DNA from: Chthoniobacterales bacterium | GTDB taxonomy: Bacteria > Verrucomicrobiota > Verrucomicrobiia > Chthoniobacterales > JBKEAD01 | Assembly: GCA_047973165.1 (NCBI GenBank) | Contig: JBKEBM010000227.1 | Coordinates: 1 to 45,434 of the forward strand | Reading direction: 5' to 3' | Length of the DNA stretch: 45,434 nt | Part shown: piece after piece, positions 8,756-18,090 of the stretch | How the letters are laid out: every line of letters starts with the position of its first letter | How positions within the stretch are numbered: position 1 is the stretch's first letter | The notes under the pieces: model-generated | Database searches by the model: none | Seen by the model: only the letters and a program-made list of their open reading frames with translations | Told to the model about the DNA's origin: nothing | Translations under genes and position numbers: made by a program

Positions 8756-10156
8756 ATGGCAGTAAAAACTGAAAAAGACCTTCCCGAAAATCTCCGGGCA
8801 ACTTGGCTGAAAGCTCTTAGTGCTATGCAGCTTAAAAACTACGGCTACGTCATCCAGCTCGCTCAGATGATTCTTAAATCTGAACCCTCATTTCTGGATT
8901 GTCGCCAGCTTCTTCGCAAAGCCTCTATAGCAAAAAACTCCGGTAAAAAAAGCCTTCTCGGTGGCCTCTCCACCACCTCCTTTTCGGGGATGAAAATCCA
9001 GAGTCTCATCAAAAAAGACCCACTGGTTGCAGTTGAATCCATTGAGAAATCTCTCGAAGGTGATCCCTACAGCGTCCCGGCTAACCTCCAGCTTCGCGAT
9101 GCTGCCAAAGCAGCAGAAATGCCCGAAATCGCGACCTTTGCGCTCGAAACCATTGTCGAAGGGCATCCAAAGGACACCAAAAACATGCACGAGCTCGCAA
9201 AGCACTACCTCGAGGTTGAGCTCCCCCAAAAAGCGGTCGAAATTTACCAGAAAATTCTTGAAATCAATCCCTCCGACCTCGCTGCAATAAAAGGTGAAAA
9301 AGACGCCTCGGCCCGTGCATCCATGCAATCCGGCGGCTGGGAACGCGAAGATGCCGACTACCGTGACCTCATCAAAGACAAAGACGAAGCCAAGTCTCTG
9401 GAACAAAAATCCCGCGTTGTCCTCGACGACGAGGCCATCGGTGAACAGCTCGCCGAGCTCCACGCAAAAATGGAAACCAATCCCGAGCACCTCGATACTG
9501 CTCGCAGGATTGCCACTTTTTACGAACAACTCAAAGACTACGACAACGCGCTCCAGTGGTTCAAATACACCAACCAGCTCGGCAACAATTCCGACGACGC
9601 CATTATCCGAAAGATCGCCGACATTAAATCCAAGCAATACGACCTGGCCATCGCTCAGTGGGAAGAATATCTCGCCGGTGATATCTCCGAAGAAGAGCGC
9701 AAAAACGGAACCAAAGAGCTTGAAAGTCTGCGCAAGGTACGTGCCGAACTTCTCTTTGCCGATGCCAAAGCCCGTATCGAGCGCAACCCTACCGATCTTC
9801 AGCTTCGCTTCGAATTCGCAGAAATTCTCGTCCAGGGCGGCCAATACCAGGAAGCCATTCCCGAGCTTCAGAAAGCTCGTCAAAATCCCAACGTGCGTCT
9901 GCGTGCCATGCACCTGCTGGGACACTGTTTCCAAAAGAAAAATATGCTCGATCTCGCAGCAAAAACTCTGGCTGACGCAGCGAATGAAATCGTATCGATG
10001 GACTCCACCAAAAAGAAAATCACCTATCAGCTTGGCCTCGTTTATGAAGAAATGGACGACATGGAAAAATCCATCGACGCCATGAAACAGATTTACGAAG
10101 TCGATTACGGCTACCGCGACGTAGCCGCTCGCGTCGAAGGCTCCTATACCAAATAG
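8756..10156 (+). CDS. Cytoplasmic TPR-repeat protein, function unknown
   Basis: The 466-aa ORF has no signal peptide. It is helical and repeat-rich with TPR-like units (e.g. AKHYLEVELPQKAVEIYQKILEINPSD and IATFYEQLKDYDNALQWFKY). Confidence 0.6.
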   Translation: MAVKTEKDLPENLRATWLKALSAMQLKNYGYVIQLAQMILKSEPSFLDCRQLLRKASIAKNSGKKSLLGGLSTTSFSGMKIQSLIKKDPLVAVESIEKSLEGDPYSVPANLQLRDAAKAAEMPEIATFALETIVEGHPKDTKNMHELAKHYLEVELPQKAVEIYQKILEINPSDLAAIKGEKDASARASMQSGGWEREDADYRDLIKDKDEAKSLEQKSRVVLDDEAIGEQLAELHAKMETNPEHLDTARRIATFYEQLKDYDNALQWFKYTNQLGNNSDDAIIRKIADIKSKQYDLAIAQWEEYLAGDISEEERKNGTKELESLRKVRAELLFADAKARIERNPTDLQLRFEFAEILVQGGQYQEAIPELQKARQNPNVRLRAMHLLGHCFQKKNMLDLAAKTLADAANEIVSMDSTKKKITYQLGLVYEEMDDMEKSIDAMKQIYEVDYGYRDVAARVEGSYTK

Positions 10157-10497
10157 AGATTAAACAGGGATATGTAAGTGGTGTGCTCCCAACCCACGCT
10201 TCGGGCAGCCATTGCAGGCACCCGCCTGCTTGCGGATTTTAAGATTCCCCTGGGAATCTCTGTTAAACTTTTTTAAATAGTCGCAGTAATTTTTACAAGG
10301 TAAACTCCCACCTGCTCCTGCTCGGAAACTATGCTGATTTTGGAGTCAACAGCGTGGAGGTCAATGTATTTGGTATGGGCGAAAGCGTTGCCGAACGGCT
10401 TATCAGGGACGGACATCAAAATATCGTTCACCTCCAGCGGGCTTCCGCAAATTACTACGTTCAGGCAAAGGGTTGGAGCGAATAGTTCCGCCAGGTG

Positions 10498-11958
10498 CTA
10501 AGCCTTTAGTTTTTGTTCGAGGATTTGGCCGACTACGGCGGGGTTGGCTTTGCCTTTGGAGAGCTTCATCACTTGTCCTTTCAGGAAGTTGATGGCGGCG
10601 GTTTTGCCTTCGCGGTAGTCGTTGACCGGGCCGGGATTGGCCGCGATGGCTTCGTCGCAAAAGGCTTCGAGGGCACTACTGTCGCTGACTTGTTTGAGGC
10701 CTTTTTCTTCGACGATTTGGGCAGGTGCTTTGCCGCTTTCAAACATTTCGGTAAAGACGTCTTTGCCCTGGCGTCCGCTGATGCTGCCGCTGTCGATGAG
10801 GTCGGTGAGTTCACGGATGCTGTCGGGGGCGACGGGGCAGTCGACAATGCTTTTGGAGCTGGCTCCGAGGGCACTTTGGAGATCGTTTAGAATGAGGTTG
10901 GCTACGGCTTTTGGCTTTTTGGAAGCTTTGGCTGCTTTTTCAAAATAGGCGGCAAGGTCGAGGTCGTTTGCCAGGACTCCGGCGTCGTAGGAGCTGACCT
11001 GGTAGTCGCGGACGAAGCGGTCGCGTTTGTCCCAGGGGAGCTCGGGGAGCTGCGATTTTGCTTCTTCAAGCAACTTTTCAGTTTTGACCAGCATAAGGTC
11101 AGGGTCGGGGAAGTAGCGGTAGTCGTGGGCAGATTCTTTGATGCGCATGAGGATGGTTTCTCCGGCGACATCGTCCCAGCGGCGGGTCTCCTGTTGGAGG
11201 GTGCCGCCTGCTTTGAGAACTTCGATCTGACGGGGGATTTCGAAGAGCAGGGCGCGGCGGACTCCGCTGATGGAGTTGAGATTTTTTATTTCGATTTTTG
11301 TTCCGAATTCGTCGGTGTCTTCGGGGCGGACCGAGACGTTGACGTCACAGCGGAGCTGACCTTTTTCCATGTCGGCATCGCTGACGCCACCGTAGATCAT
11401 AACCTGCTGGAGAACGGTGAGGTAGGCAAAGGCTTCTTCGGCAGAGGAAATATCGGGTTCGGAGACAATCTCCATGAGGGGGGTGCCAGCACGGTTGAAG
11501 TCGATGCCAGAGGAGGTTTCGAGGTGGGAGGATTTTGCGACGTCTTCTTCGAGGTGGATGCGGGTGAGGCGGATGGCTTTGTCTGGCGTGGCGATGGTTT
11601 TTTGGACGTCTTTTGGGTAGGCCAGATCGTGGAGGGGGACGGCTCCACCGATGCAGATGGGGAGGTCGTATTGGGAAATCTGGTAATTTTTTGGCATGTC
11701 GGGGTAGAAGTAATGCTTGCGGTCGAATTTGCAGTTGGGGGCAATTTCGCAGCCGAGCATCAGGCCAGCGAGGGTGGTGTAGCGGAGGGCGGTTTCGTTC
11801 ATCACCGGCAGGGCGCCGGGGAGGCCGAGGCAGGTGGGGCAGATGTGGGTGTTGGGTTCGCTGCCGAATTCGACCTGGCAGCCGCAGAACATTTTGCTTT
11901 GAGTTTTGAGTTGGACGTGGACTTCGAGGCCGATGGTGGCGATGTAATTTGCCGACAT
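10498..11958 (-). CDS. gatB: Asp-tRNA(Asn)/Glu-tRNA(Gln) amidotransferase subunit B
   Basis: The N-terminus is IGLEVHVQLKTQSKMFCGC...CPTCLGLPGALP. The C-terminal YqeY-like tail is present (GKTAAINFLKGQVMKLSKGKANP). The length is 486 aa. Confidence 0.95.
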   Translation of the reverse strand: MSANYIATIGLEVHVQLKTQSKMFCGCQVEFGSEPNTHICPTCLGLPGALPVMNETALRYTTLAGLMLGCEIAPNCKFDRKHYFYPDMPKNYQISQYDLPICIGGAVPLHDLAYPKDVQKTIATPDKAIRLTRIHLEEDVAKSSHLETSSGIDFNRAGTPLMEIVSEPDISSAEEAFAYLTVLQQVMIYGGVSDADMEKGQLRCDVNVSVRPEDTDEFGTKIEIKNLNSISGVRRALLFEIPRQIEVLKAGGTLQQETRRWDDVAGETILMRIKESAHDYRYFPDPDLMLVKTEKLLEEAKSQLPELPWDKRDRFVRDYQVSSYDAGVLANDLDLAAYFEKAAKASKKPKAVANLILNDLQSALGASSKSIVDCPVAPDSIRELTDLIDSGSISGRQGKDVFTEMFESGKAPAQIVEEKGLKQVSDSSALEAFCDEAIAANPGPVNDYREGKTAAINFLKGQVMKLSKGKANPAVVGQILEQKLKA

Positions 11959-11996
11959 TTTTTAATTAAGAAGGAAGGTGTTTTTTGGTGCGAATT

Positions 11997-12587
11997 TTAC
12001 TTTTCGCGGAGTTTCAGGAAGCTTTGGAGCTGATCGGGGGTGAGGAGGGACTCCATGCGTTCGGAGGCGTCGAGACGTTTTTCGCGGAGGATGGAGAGGC
12101 GTCGGGCGTTGCTGATTTTTCCTTTGTTCACGCGGTCGTGCTGTTTCTGATTTTCGCGGTCGAGTTTTTCCTGGAGCCTGGTGATTCGACTGATTTGTTT
12201 TTCGCTGAGGCCCAGCTCCTGCTGAATGTGGGGGAGGGTGAGCATCCAGCCTTTAAGGGCGCTGTGCTCGATGCGCGGGAGCTCTTTTTTTTGGCGGGTG
12301 CTTAGGGTGGAGAGGGCGCGTTTGTTGAAGCTGGCGTTGAGTTTTGTAAATTTTGCGTCGGGGTTGGTGTCGTCGGTGGATTTAAAAAGTTCGCCGATTT
12401 GCTCCTGGTATTCGGATTTCAGAGAGTCGAGCACCACGGCCTGGAGGGGGGTGACACGGAGTTCTTTTTGGACCTGCTCGCCGCTCAGAAAGAGGACGAG
12501 GGAACCCGGGTGGGTGGCTGAGGCGGCACTCGCTCCGGAGAGTGCGGAGCTGAGTGCGATGGTGCAGAGAAGGCTGCGGAGGCGCAT
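11997..12587 (-). CDS. Secreted helical protein with L(T/S)xxQ repeats (Spy/CpxP-like?)
   Basis: The signal peptide is MRLRSLLCTIALSSALSGASAAS. Three motifs are present: VTPLQ, LSEKQ and LTPDQ. The protein is highly charged and helical. Confidence 0.5.
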   Translation of the reverse strand: MRLRSLLCTIALSSALSGASAASATHPGSLVLFLSGEQVQKELRVTPLQAVVLDSLKSEYQEQIGELFKSTDDTNPDAKFTKLNASFNKRALSTLSTRQKKELPRIEHSALKGWMLTLPHIQQELGLSEKQISRITRLQEKLDRENQKQHDRVNKGKISNARRLSILREKRLDASERMESLLTPDQLQSFLKLREK

Positions 12588-12625
12588 GGGCGTTTGTGAT
12601 TTTCAGAAAGAGTGCGCCTGGGGAC

Positions 12626-13582
12626 TCAGGCGGTTTTTTCTGCGATGATGGCTTCGAGTTTTACGATGTCGGCTGCGAAGAGGCGGATGCCTTCGGCCAG
12701 TTTTTGGGTGGCCATGGCGTCTTCGTTGAGGAGGTAGCGGAAGGTTTTTTCGTCGTTTTGAAGACGGGTAGGTGCCTCTTTTTTCGCTGCTTCGGGATCG
12801 AGTTTACGGGTGATGGGGGATTCAGTGGACTGGAGTTTGTCGAGCAGGCCTGGGCTGATGGTGAGGAGGTCGCAGCCGGCGAGTTCGATGATTTGTCCGG
12901 TGTTTCGGAAGCTGGCTCCCATGACTTGGGTGTCGTAGCCAAAGTGCTTGTAGTAGGTGTAGATTTTACCGACAGACTGGACGCCGGGGTCTTCGGCTCC
13001 GGTATACTCTTTGCCGGTGGTGGCTTTGAAGTAGTCGTAGATACGACCTACAAAGGGAGAGATGAGGCGGGCGCCAGCTTCGGCGCAGGCAACGGCCTGG
13101 GGAAGGGAAAACATGAGGGTGAGGTTGCAGTTGATGCCTTCTTTTTGGCAGACGGCAGCAGCCTGAGCACCTTCCCAGGTGGAGGCGATTTTGATCAGGA
13201 TGCGTTCGCGGGAGATGCCTCGTTTTTCGTAGAGGGCGATGAGTTCGCGGGCTTTGGTGATGGTTGCTTCGGTGTCGAAGGAGAGGCGGGCATCGACTTC
13301 GGTGGAGACACGTCCGGGGACGATTTCGAGAATTTTTGAGCCAAACTCGATGAGGAGGTTGTCGATAATTTTTTTATGGAGTGCTTCGCCGGAGAGGGTG
13401 GAGCCGCTGTTGTCGGCGATGGCTTTTTCCAGGAGGGGTTTATATTTATCCTGCTGGACGGCCTTGAAGATGAGGGAGGGATTTGTGGTTGCGTCTTCGG
13501 GGGTGTATTGCTTGATGGATTCAAAGTCTCCGGTATCGGCGACGACGGTGGTGAATTGCTTGAGTTGGTCGAGTTGGTTCAT
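12626..13582 (-). CDS. tal: Transaldolase (class 1, TalB type)
   Basis: [50 protein letters not shown] and CNLTLMFS are present. The length is 318 aa. Confidence 0.95.
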   Translation of the reverse strand: MNQLDQLKQFTTVVADTGDFESIKQYTPEDATTNPSLIFKAVQQDKYKPLLEKAIADNSGSTLSGEALHKKIIDNLLIEFGSKILEIVPGRVSTEVDARLSFDTEATITKARELIALYEKRGISRERILIKIASTWEGAQAAAVCQKEGINCNLTLMFSLPQAVACAEAGARLISPFVGRIYDYFKATTGKEYTGAEDPGVQSVGKIYTYYKHFGYDTQVMGASFRNTGQIIELAGCDLLTISPGLLDKLQSTESPITRKLDPEAAKKEAPTRLQNDEKTFRYLLNEDAMATQKLAEGIRLFAADIVKLEAIIAEKTA

Positions 13583-13683
13583 AATTTGAGAGTGTAATAA
13601 ATGAAAATGGCTTAGGGAAGAAAACTTATAGAGGCATTCGCGACGGGGGCAAATGTTTTGGCTGAGTGACGTGGGATTTTTTT

Positions 13684-14100
13684 TTATTCTCCGATGATGG
13701 ATATGTCGAGGTGGCGGGTGTGCGGGGCGCGGCGGTGCTCGAAGAGAAAAATACCCTGCCAGGTGCCGAGGGTGAGACGGCTCCGGGCGATGGGGATGCT
13801 TTCGCTGCTGCGGGTGAGTGCCATTTTGAGATGGCTGGTTGTGTCGTCCGGTCCTTCGAGGGTGTGGGCATAGTCGCCCTCTTCGGGAACGAGGTCGTCA
13901 AAGTAATTGTGCAGGTCTGTGCGGGCGGTGGAGTCCGCATTTTCATAGATAATGAGGCTGGCACTGGTGTGACGCAGAAAGATGGTGGCGAGACCTGTTT
14001 TTATGCTGCTGGCGGCGACGGCTTCTTCGATTTCGTGAGTGATTTCGTAAGTGCCTTTGCCCCTCGTTTTGACGGAGAAGGAATGATGGTGAGCGGTCAT
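13684..14100 (-). CDS. YjbQ/UPF0047 family protein (secondary thiamine-phosphate synthase family)
   Basis: [17 protein letters not shown]...[13 protein letters not shown]...[17 protein letters not shown] is present. The length is 138 aa. Confidence 0.85.
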   Translation of the reverse strand: MTAHHHSFSVKTRGKGTYEITHEIEEAVAASSIKTGLATIFLRHTSASLIIYENADSTARTDLHNYFDDLVPEEGDYAHTLEGPDDTTSHLKMALTRSSESIPIARSRLTLGTWQGIFLFEHRRAPHTRHLDISIIGE

Positions 14101-14127
14101 TTTTTATTTAAAAGCTCATGTGATTTT

Positions 14128-14502
14128 TTACGGAGTTTTTTTGATTTCGGAGAGGCGGGGTTTTACAAAAAGGAGGGAGAACCAGCCAACGATGAAGAGG
14201 AGTCCTCCGATGGGGGTGATGGCTCCGAGCCATTTGATTCCGCTGACTGCGAGGATGTAAAGTGAGCCGGAAAAGATAAGGATGCCAAAGGTCCAGAGTA
14301 TGAGCGGAACTTTGGCGCGGGGGACACAGAGGATCAGCGCGAAGATGGCCAGGGTGTGGTAAAAATGGTATTGGACCGCAGTTTGCCAGACATCGAGGGT
14401 GCCGTGTGAGGTGAGGGTGTTTTCGAGGCCGTGCGCTCCGAAGGCTCCGAGAGAAACGGCGCTGATTCCGAGGAGGCAGGGCAGGAGAAGGGATTTATTC
14501 AT
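14128..14502 (-). CDS. DUF423 (YgdD-like) small membrane protein
   Basis: The GAFGAHGL motif and four hydrophobic segments are present. The length is 124 aa. Confidence 0.75.
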   Translation of the reverse strand: MNKSLLLPCLLGISAVSLGAFGAHGLENTLTSHGTLDVWQTAVQYHFYHTLAIFALILCVPRAKVPLILWTFGILIFSGSLYILAVSGIKWLGAITPIGGLLFIVGWFSLLFVKPRLSEIKKTP

Positions 14503-15316
14503 GATTTGCTGGATTTTGTTCGCTTGAAGATTCGGGGTGGAGGCGCTGGAGGCGTTCGATTTTCAGGGCCTTGCCGCTTGTTTCGTCGATGTCGATGATG
14601 ACTCCGCAGAGGCGCACGGGGGATTTTGCCACCGGGAGTCGGGAGGGCATGCTGGTGAGGAAGCGGTGCAGAACAGACTTTGGTTCACGTCCCAAAATGG
14701 AGTCGTCGGGGCCGCACATTCCGGCATCGCAGAGGAAGGCGGTTCCGTTTTTCAGGATGCGTTCATCGGCGGTTTGGACGTGGGTGTGTGTGCCGACCAC
14801 GGCGGAAACCGTGCCGTCGAGGTGGTAACCCATGGAGATTTTTTCGCTGGTCGTTTCGCCGTGGACATCGACAAAGATGACGGGGGTTTCTTCGCGGAGG
14901 CGGCGGACCTCTTCCTGTGCGGTGAGGAAGGGGTTTTCGAGAGGGGGATTGGTGAAGGTGCGGCACTGGACATTCATGACGGCCACTTTTCCTTTAGCCG
15001 TTTCGAGGACGATGCTGCCGGCGCCGGGTGTGCCGGCGGGGTAGTTCAGCGGGCGGAGCAGGCGGGGTTCGGTTTCAATATAGGAGGGGGTTTCGCGTTG
15101 GTCCCAGATGTGATCGCCGGAGGTGATGATGGCGATTCCGCAGCGCAGAAGGTCGATGGCGATGCGGGGTGTGATGCCGCGTCCGGCAGCGGCGTTTTCT
15201 CCGTTTGCGATGATAAAATCGAGCGCAAACTCCTGCTTTAGTTTAGGAATAGAGTCGATGACAGCTTTCCGTCCGGGTTCGCCGACGATATCTCCAAGAA
15301 ACAAAATTCGAATCAT
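14495..15316 (-). CDS. ymdB: YmdB-family metallophosphoesterase (2',3'-cyclic-nucleotide phosphodiesterase type)
   Basis: MIRILFLGDIVGEPGR, ANGENAAAGRGIT, TSGDHIWD and GTHTHVQTAD are present. Confidence 0.85.
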   Translation of the reverse strand: MIRILFLGDIVGEPGRKAVIDSIPKLKQEFALDFIIANGENAAAGRGITPRIAIDLLRCGIAIITSGDHIWDQRETPSYIETEPRLLRPLNYPAGTPGAGSIVLETAKGKVAVMNVQCRTFTNPPLENPFLTAQEEVRRLREETPVIFVDVHGETTSEKISMGYHLDGTVSAVVGTHTHVQTADERILKNGTAFLCDAGMCGPDDSILGREPKSVLHRFLTSMPSRLPVAKSPVRLCGVIIDIDETSGKALKIERLQRLHPESSSEQNPANHE

Positions 15317-15369
15317 AGCCCGTCTTTTTATCGCAAAACGGCAGCTCTTTGCTGTAAAAATCTGATGCC

Positions 15370-16581
15370 TTGAAAATTTTCTGTCTCATTTTGTTTCTCT
15401 TTGCCTCGCTGGGGGTGCTTTTAGCGAGTAATTTAAGTCCTTTGGCTCCAAGACCTGACTGGAAAGTTTTGGATGCTTATCAATACACGATTACGCGGGA
15501 AAGATTTGTCTGGCTGCTGGATAAGGTCTATGCGCCTTACGGTGCCTGGAAGGACTGGATTCGGATCGGACAGGACTCGGCTCAGATTGTGACACGTCGC
15601 GGAGCGGCGCCGTTTGTTTTGCATTTTGCGGCTTCTACTTCTCAGGCTCGTGCGGTTCCGCGGTATTGGAGGTCGCGCTCGGAGATTCCTCGTGCGAGTC
15701 GTTCTCGTCCGCTGGAGGGGCTACGGATTGCGATTGATCCCGGGCACATCGGCGGGAAGTGGGCGAAGCTGGAGGAGCGTTGGTTTCAGATCGGTAACAG
15801 CAAACCGGTGACAGAGGGGGATATGACCCTCTATGTTGCAAAGCTGACTGCGCAGCGGCTGGAGCGTCTGGGTGCAAAAGTCTATCTTACCAGAAGCAGT
15901 GCGAAGCCTGTGACTTCGGCCCGGCCAAAAAATCTTCGCAGGGCTGCTGCCGCGGAGTTAAGGGCTAATGGTCAGCGTCCGAGCGATGCAGCCGTCGAGC
16001 ATGTGAGTAATATTCTTTTTTATCGAATGAGTGAGATTCGTAAGCGGGCAGAGCTTGTGAATAAGCGTATCAGGCCGGATCTGGTGGTTTGTTTGCATTT
16101 CAATGCCGAGGCTTGGGGCGATCCGGCAAATCCGGCGCTCGTTAGTAAAAATCACCTGCATTTTCTGATAACGGGTGCTTTCAGCTCGCACGAACTTTCT
16201 TTCGAGGATCAGCGGATGAATATGCTCAAAAAACTCCTCGATCAAACTTACTATGAGGAAGTCGAGGTCACGAAAGACATTGCAACGTCCATGAAAAAGT
16301 CCACCGGGTTGCCGGCCTTTACTTATCATGGAAAAAATGCCGTCAATGCTGCCGGCAATCCTTACATCTGGGGGCGAAATCTTTTGGCAAATCGTCTTTT
16401 TGAGTGTCCCGTTGTTTACATAGAACCCTATGTTATGAACAGCCGGGATGTTTTTTATCGTATTCAGGCGGGAGATTATCGAGGCACACGGATCGTTAAT
16501 GGCCGGAAGCAAGCGAGTATTTTCCGTGAGTATGCAAGCGGGCTGGCCCAGGGTATTCTCGATTTTTATTCGCAGCGTTAA
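15370..16581 (+). CDS. N-acetylmuramoyl-L-alanine amidase (Amidase_3 type) with an N-terminal extension
   Basis: There is a signal or anchor sequence (FCLILFLFASLGVLLA). IAIDPGHIGG, GDMTLYVAKLTAQRLERLGAKVYLTR and VVCLHFNAEAWG supply the Zn-ligand pattern of Amidase_3. The start codon at 15370 is TTG. Confidence 0.7.
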   Translation: MKIFCLILFLFASLGVLLASNLSPLAPRPDWKVLDAYQYTITRERFVWLLDKVYAPYGAWKDWIRIGQDSAQIVTRRGAAPFVLHFAASTSQARAVPRYWRSRSEIPRASRSRPLEGLRIAIDPGHIGGKWAKLEERWFQIGNSKPVTEGDMTLYVAKLTAQRLERLGAKVYLTRSSAKPVTSARPKNLRRAAAAELRANGQRPSDAAVEHVSNILFYRMSEIRKRAELVNKRIRPDLVVCLHFNAEAWGDPANPALVSKNHLHFLITGAFSSHELSFEDQRMNMLKKLLDQTYYEEVEVTKDIATSMKKSTGLPAFTYHGKNAVNAAGNPYIWGRNLLANRLFECPVVYIEPYVMNSRDVFYRIQAGDYRGTRIVNGRKQASIFREYASGLAQGILDFYSQR

Positions 16582-16595
16582 ATTATTTTTTGTTT

Positions 16596-17474
16596 ATGAA
16601 AACTATAGCAGTCACAAATCAAAAAGGTGGTGTTGGTAAAACGACATCAGCGGTAAATCTCGCGGCAGCTTTAGCGGAGCTTGGCAAAAAAACTCTTCTT
16701 ATCGATCTCGATCCGCAGGGAAATGCGAGTTCGATTCTTGGTCTCCGTGGTTTGGACGAGGAAGGGAATGAGTTTCGTGGGCTTTATTCTGCTCTGATAG
16801 GCGAGGCTGGAATTGAAAGCTTATATTACGATACCCGTATTCCAAATCTGTCGGCGGTGCCGGCAAATCTCGATCTGGCGGGTGCTGAGATAGAGGTTGC
16901 AAAAATGGATGAGCATTTGCAGCAGCTTCGCAAAACGCTGGCTCCGCTCAAGTCGTCGGTTGAGGCAGGGCGCTTCGAGTATTGTGTTTTCGACTGTCCG
17001 CCAAGTCTTGGTATTCTAATGACGAATGCTTTGGTTGCGGCAGATGAGATTATTATTCCGATTCAGTGTGAGTATTTTGCGCTTGAGGGGCTGGGGCTTC
17101 TGATGCAGGTCGCCGGGCAGATTTGCTCGTCCGGAGCGAATCCTAATCTGACCATTGCCGGTCTTCTGATGACGATGCACGATGCACGAACAAATCTGAA
17201 TGCGGCTGTGATAGCCGATGTCCGCGAGCACTTTCAGGATGTAGTATTTGAAACAGTGATTCCTCGTACGATCCGCTTCGGCGAGGCACCAAGTCACGGG
17301 ATGACTATTCTTGAATATGATAGTTCGGGCCCTGGATCGAAGGCCTATCGTGCGCTCGCCAAAGAATTTTTGAAGCGCCAGGAATCGGGTGTAAACTTTG
17401 CGCCGATAAACCCGGCTGCAGAGGAGGCGGAAGATGCTCCCGTGGACACTAATGATAGTATTTCTTCTCAATAA
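16596..17474 (+). CDS. parA: ParA/Soj-type partition ATPase
   Basis: The deviant Walker A motif is IAVTNQKGGVGKTT. DLDPQGNAS and FDCPPSLG are also present. ATG at 16596 is preferred over the TTG at 16590 used in the track. It has an acidic C-terminal tail. Confidence 0.85.
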   Translation: MKTIAVTNQKGGVGKTTSAVNLAAALAELGKKTLLIDLDPQGNASSILGLRGLDEEGNEFRGLYSALIGEAGIESLYYDTRIPNLSAVPANLDLAGAEIEVAKMDEHLQQLRKTLAPLKSSVEAGRFEYCVFDCPPSLGILMTNALVAADEIIIPIQCEYFALEGLGLLMQVAGQICSSGANPNLTIAGLLMTMHDARTNLNAAVIADVREHFQDVVFETVIPRTIRFGEAPSHGMTILEYDSSGPGSKAYRALAKEFLKRQESGVNFAPINPAAEEAEDAPVDTNDSISSQ

Positions 17475-17493
17475 ATTTTTTCTTATATAATAT

Positions 17494-18090
17494 ATGTCTG
17501 ATATAAAAAATTCTGCTTGTGAAGCTGAGGTTGTCGGGCTTTTTGAAAAAACAGGTGCTCTGCTGGACGGGCATTTTATATTACGTTCCGGTCTGCGGAG
17601 TCGTCGTTTTTTTCAATGTGCACTACTACTGCAATATGCGTCGGTCGCAGATCGTGTTTGCGGACTTCTGGCCGATATAGTGCGTCCCCTGGAAAATATT
17701 GAGAGTGTGATATCTCCTGCTGTCGGAGGAATCGTAGTCGGTCAGGAGGTAGCGCGTCATTTGGACAAGCGACATATTTTTGCTGAAAAAAATGATCAGG
17801 GCGGACTGGTATTACGTCGTGGGTTTGAGATTCGGAAAGGAGAACGCTTTGTTGTCGCTGAGGACGTCGTGACGAGAGGAGGACGTGTCCAGGAGACGAT
17901 AGATATTGTGCGAGAGCACGGAGGTATCGTGGTTGCGGCTGCAAGTATCGTGGACCGCAGTGGCGGAAAACTGCCTGACTTTGGGTGTCCGTTTTATAGT
18001 CTTGTAAAATTAAATATAGAGACTTTCGATCCTGAAAATCTTCCACCGGACCTGAAAAATATCCCGGCCATCAAACCTGGTAGTAAATGA
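17494..18090 (+). CDS. pyrE: Orotate phosphoribosyltransferase
   Basis: GHFILRSGLRS is present, together with the PRPP-binding motif FVVAEDVVTRGG. The length is 198 aa. Confidence 0.8.
   Translation: MSDIKNSACEAEVVGLFEKTGALLDGHFILRSGLRSRRFFQCALLLQYASVADRVCGLLADIVRPLENIESVISPAVGGIVVGQEVARHLDKRHIFAEKNDQGGLVLRRGFEIRKGERFVVAEDVVTRGGRVQETIDIVREHGGIVVAAASIVDRSGGKLPDFGCPFYSLVKLNIETFDPENLPPDLKNIPAIKPGSK

Noticed and set aside
8888-9934. Long antisense ORFs lie inside well-supported genes. They are 8888..9934 (348 aa), 11125..12033 (302 aa), 12554..13339 (261 aa), 14537..15241 (234 aa), 28483..29070 (195 aa), 36671..37396 (241 aa) and 44495..45346 (283 aa).
   Set aside because: Each lies fully opposite a gene with unmistakable conserved motifs (TPR protein, gatB, tal, ymdB, galK, pgi, SBP). 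Their translations are low-complexity (Gly/Val/Phe/Arg-rich) with no recognisable motifs. This is the usual stop-poor shadow frame of codon-biased genes.
10242-10259. The hairpin agattcc-cctg-ggaatct lies downstream of the TPR gene.
   Set aside because: The stem is only 7 bp and the T-run (10271-10274) lies 12 nt away. That is too weak for a confident intrinsic-terminator call.
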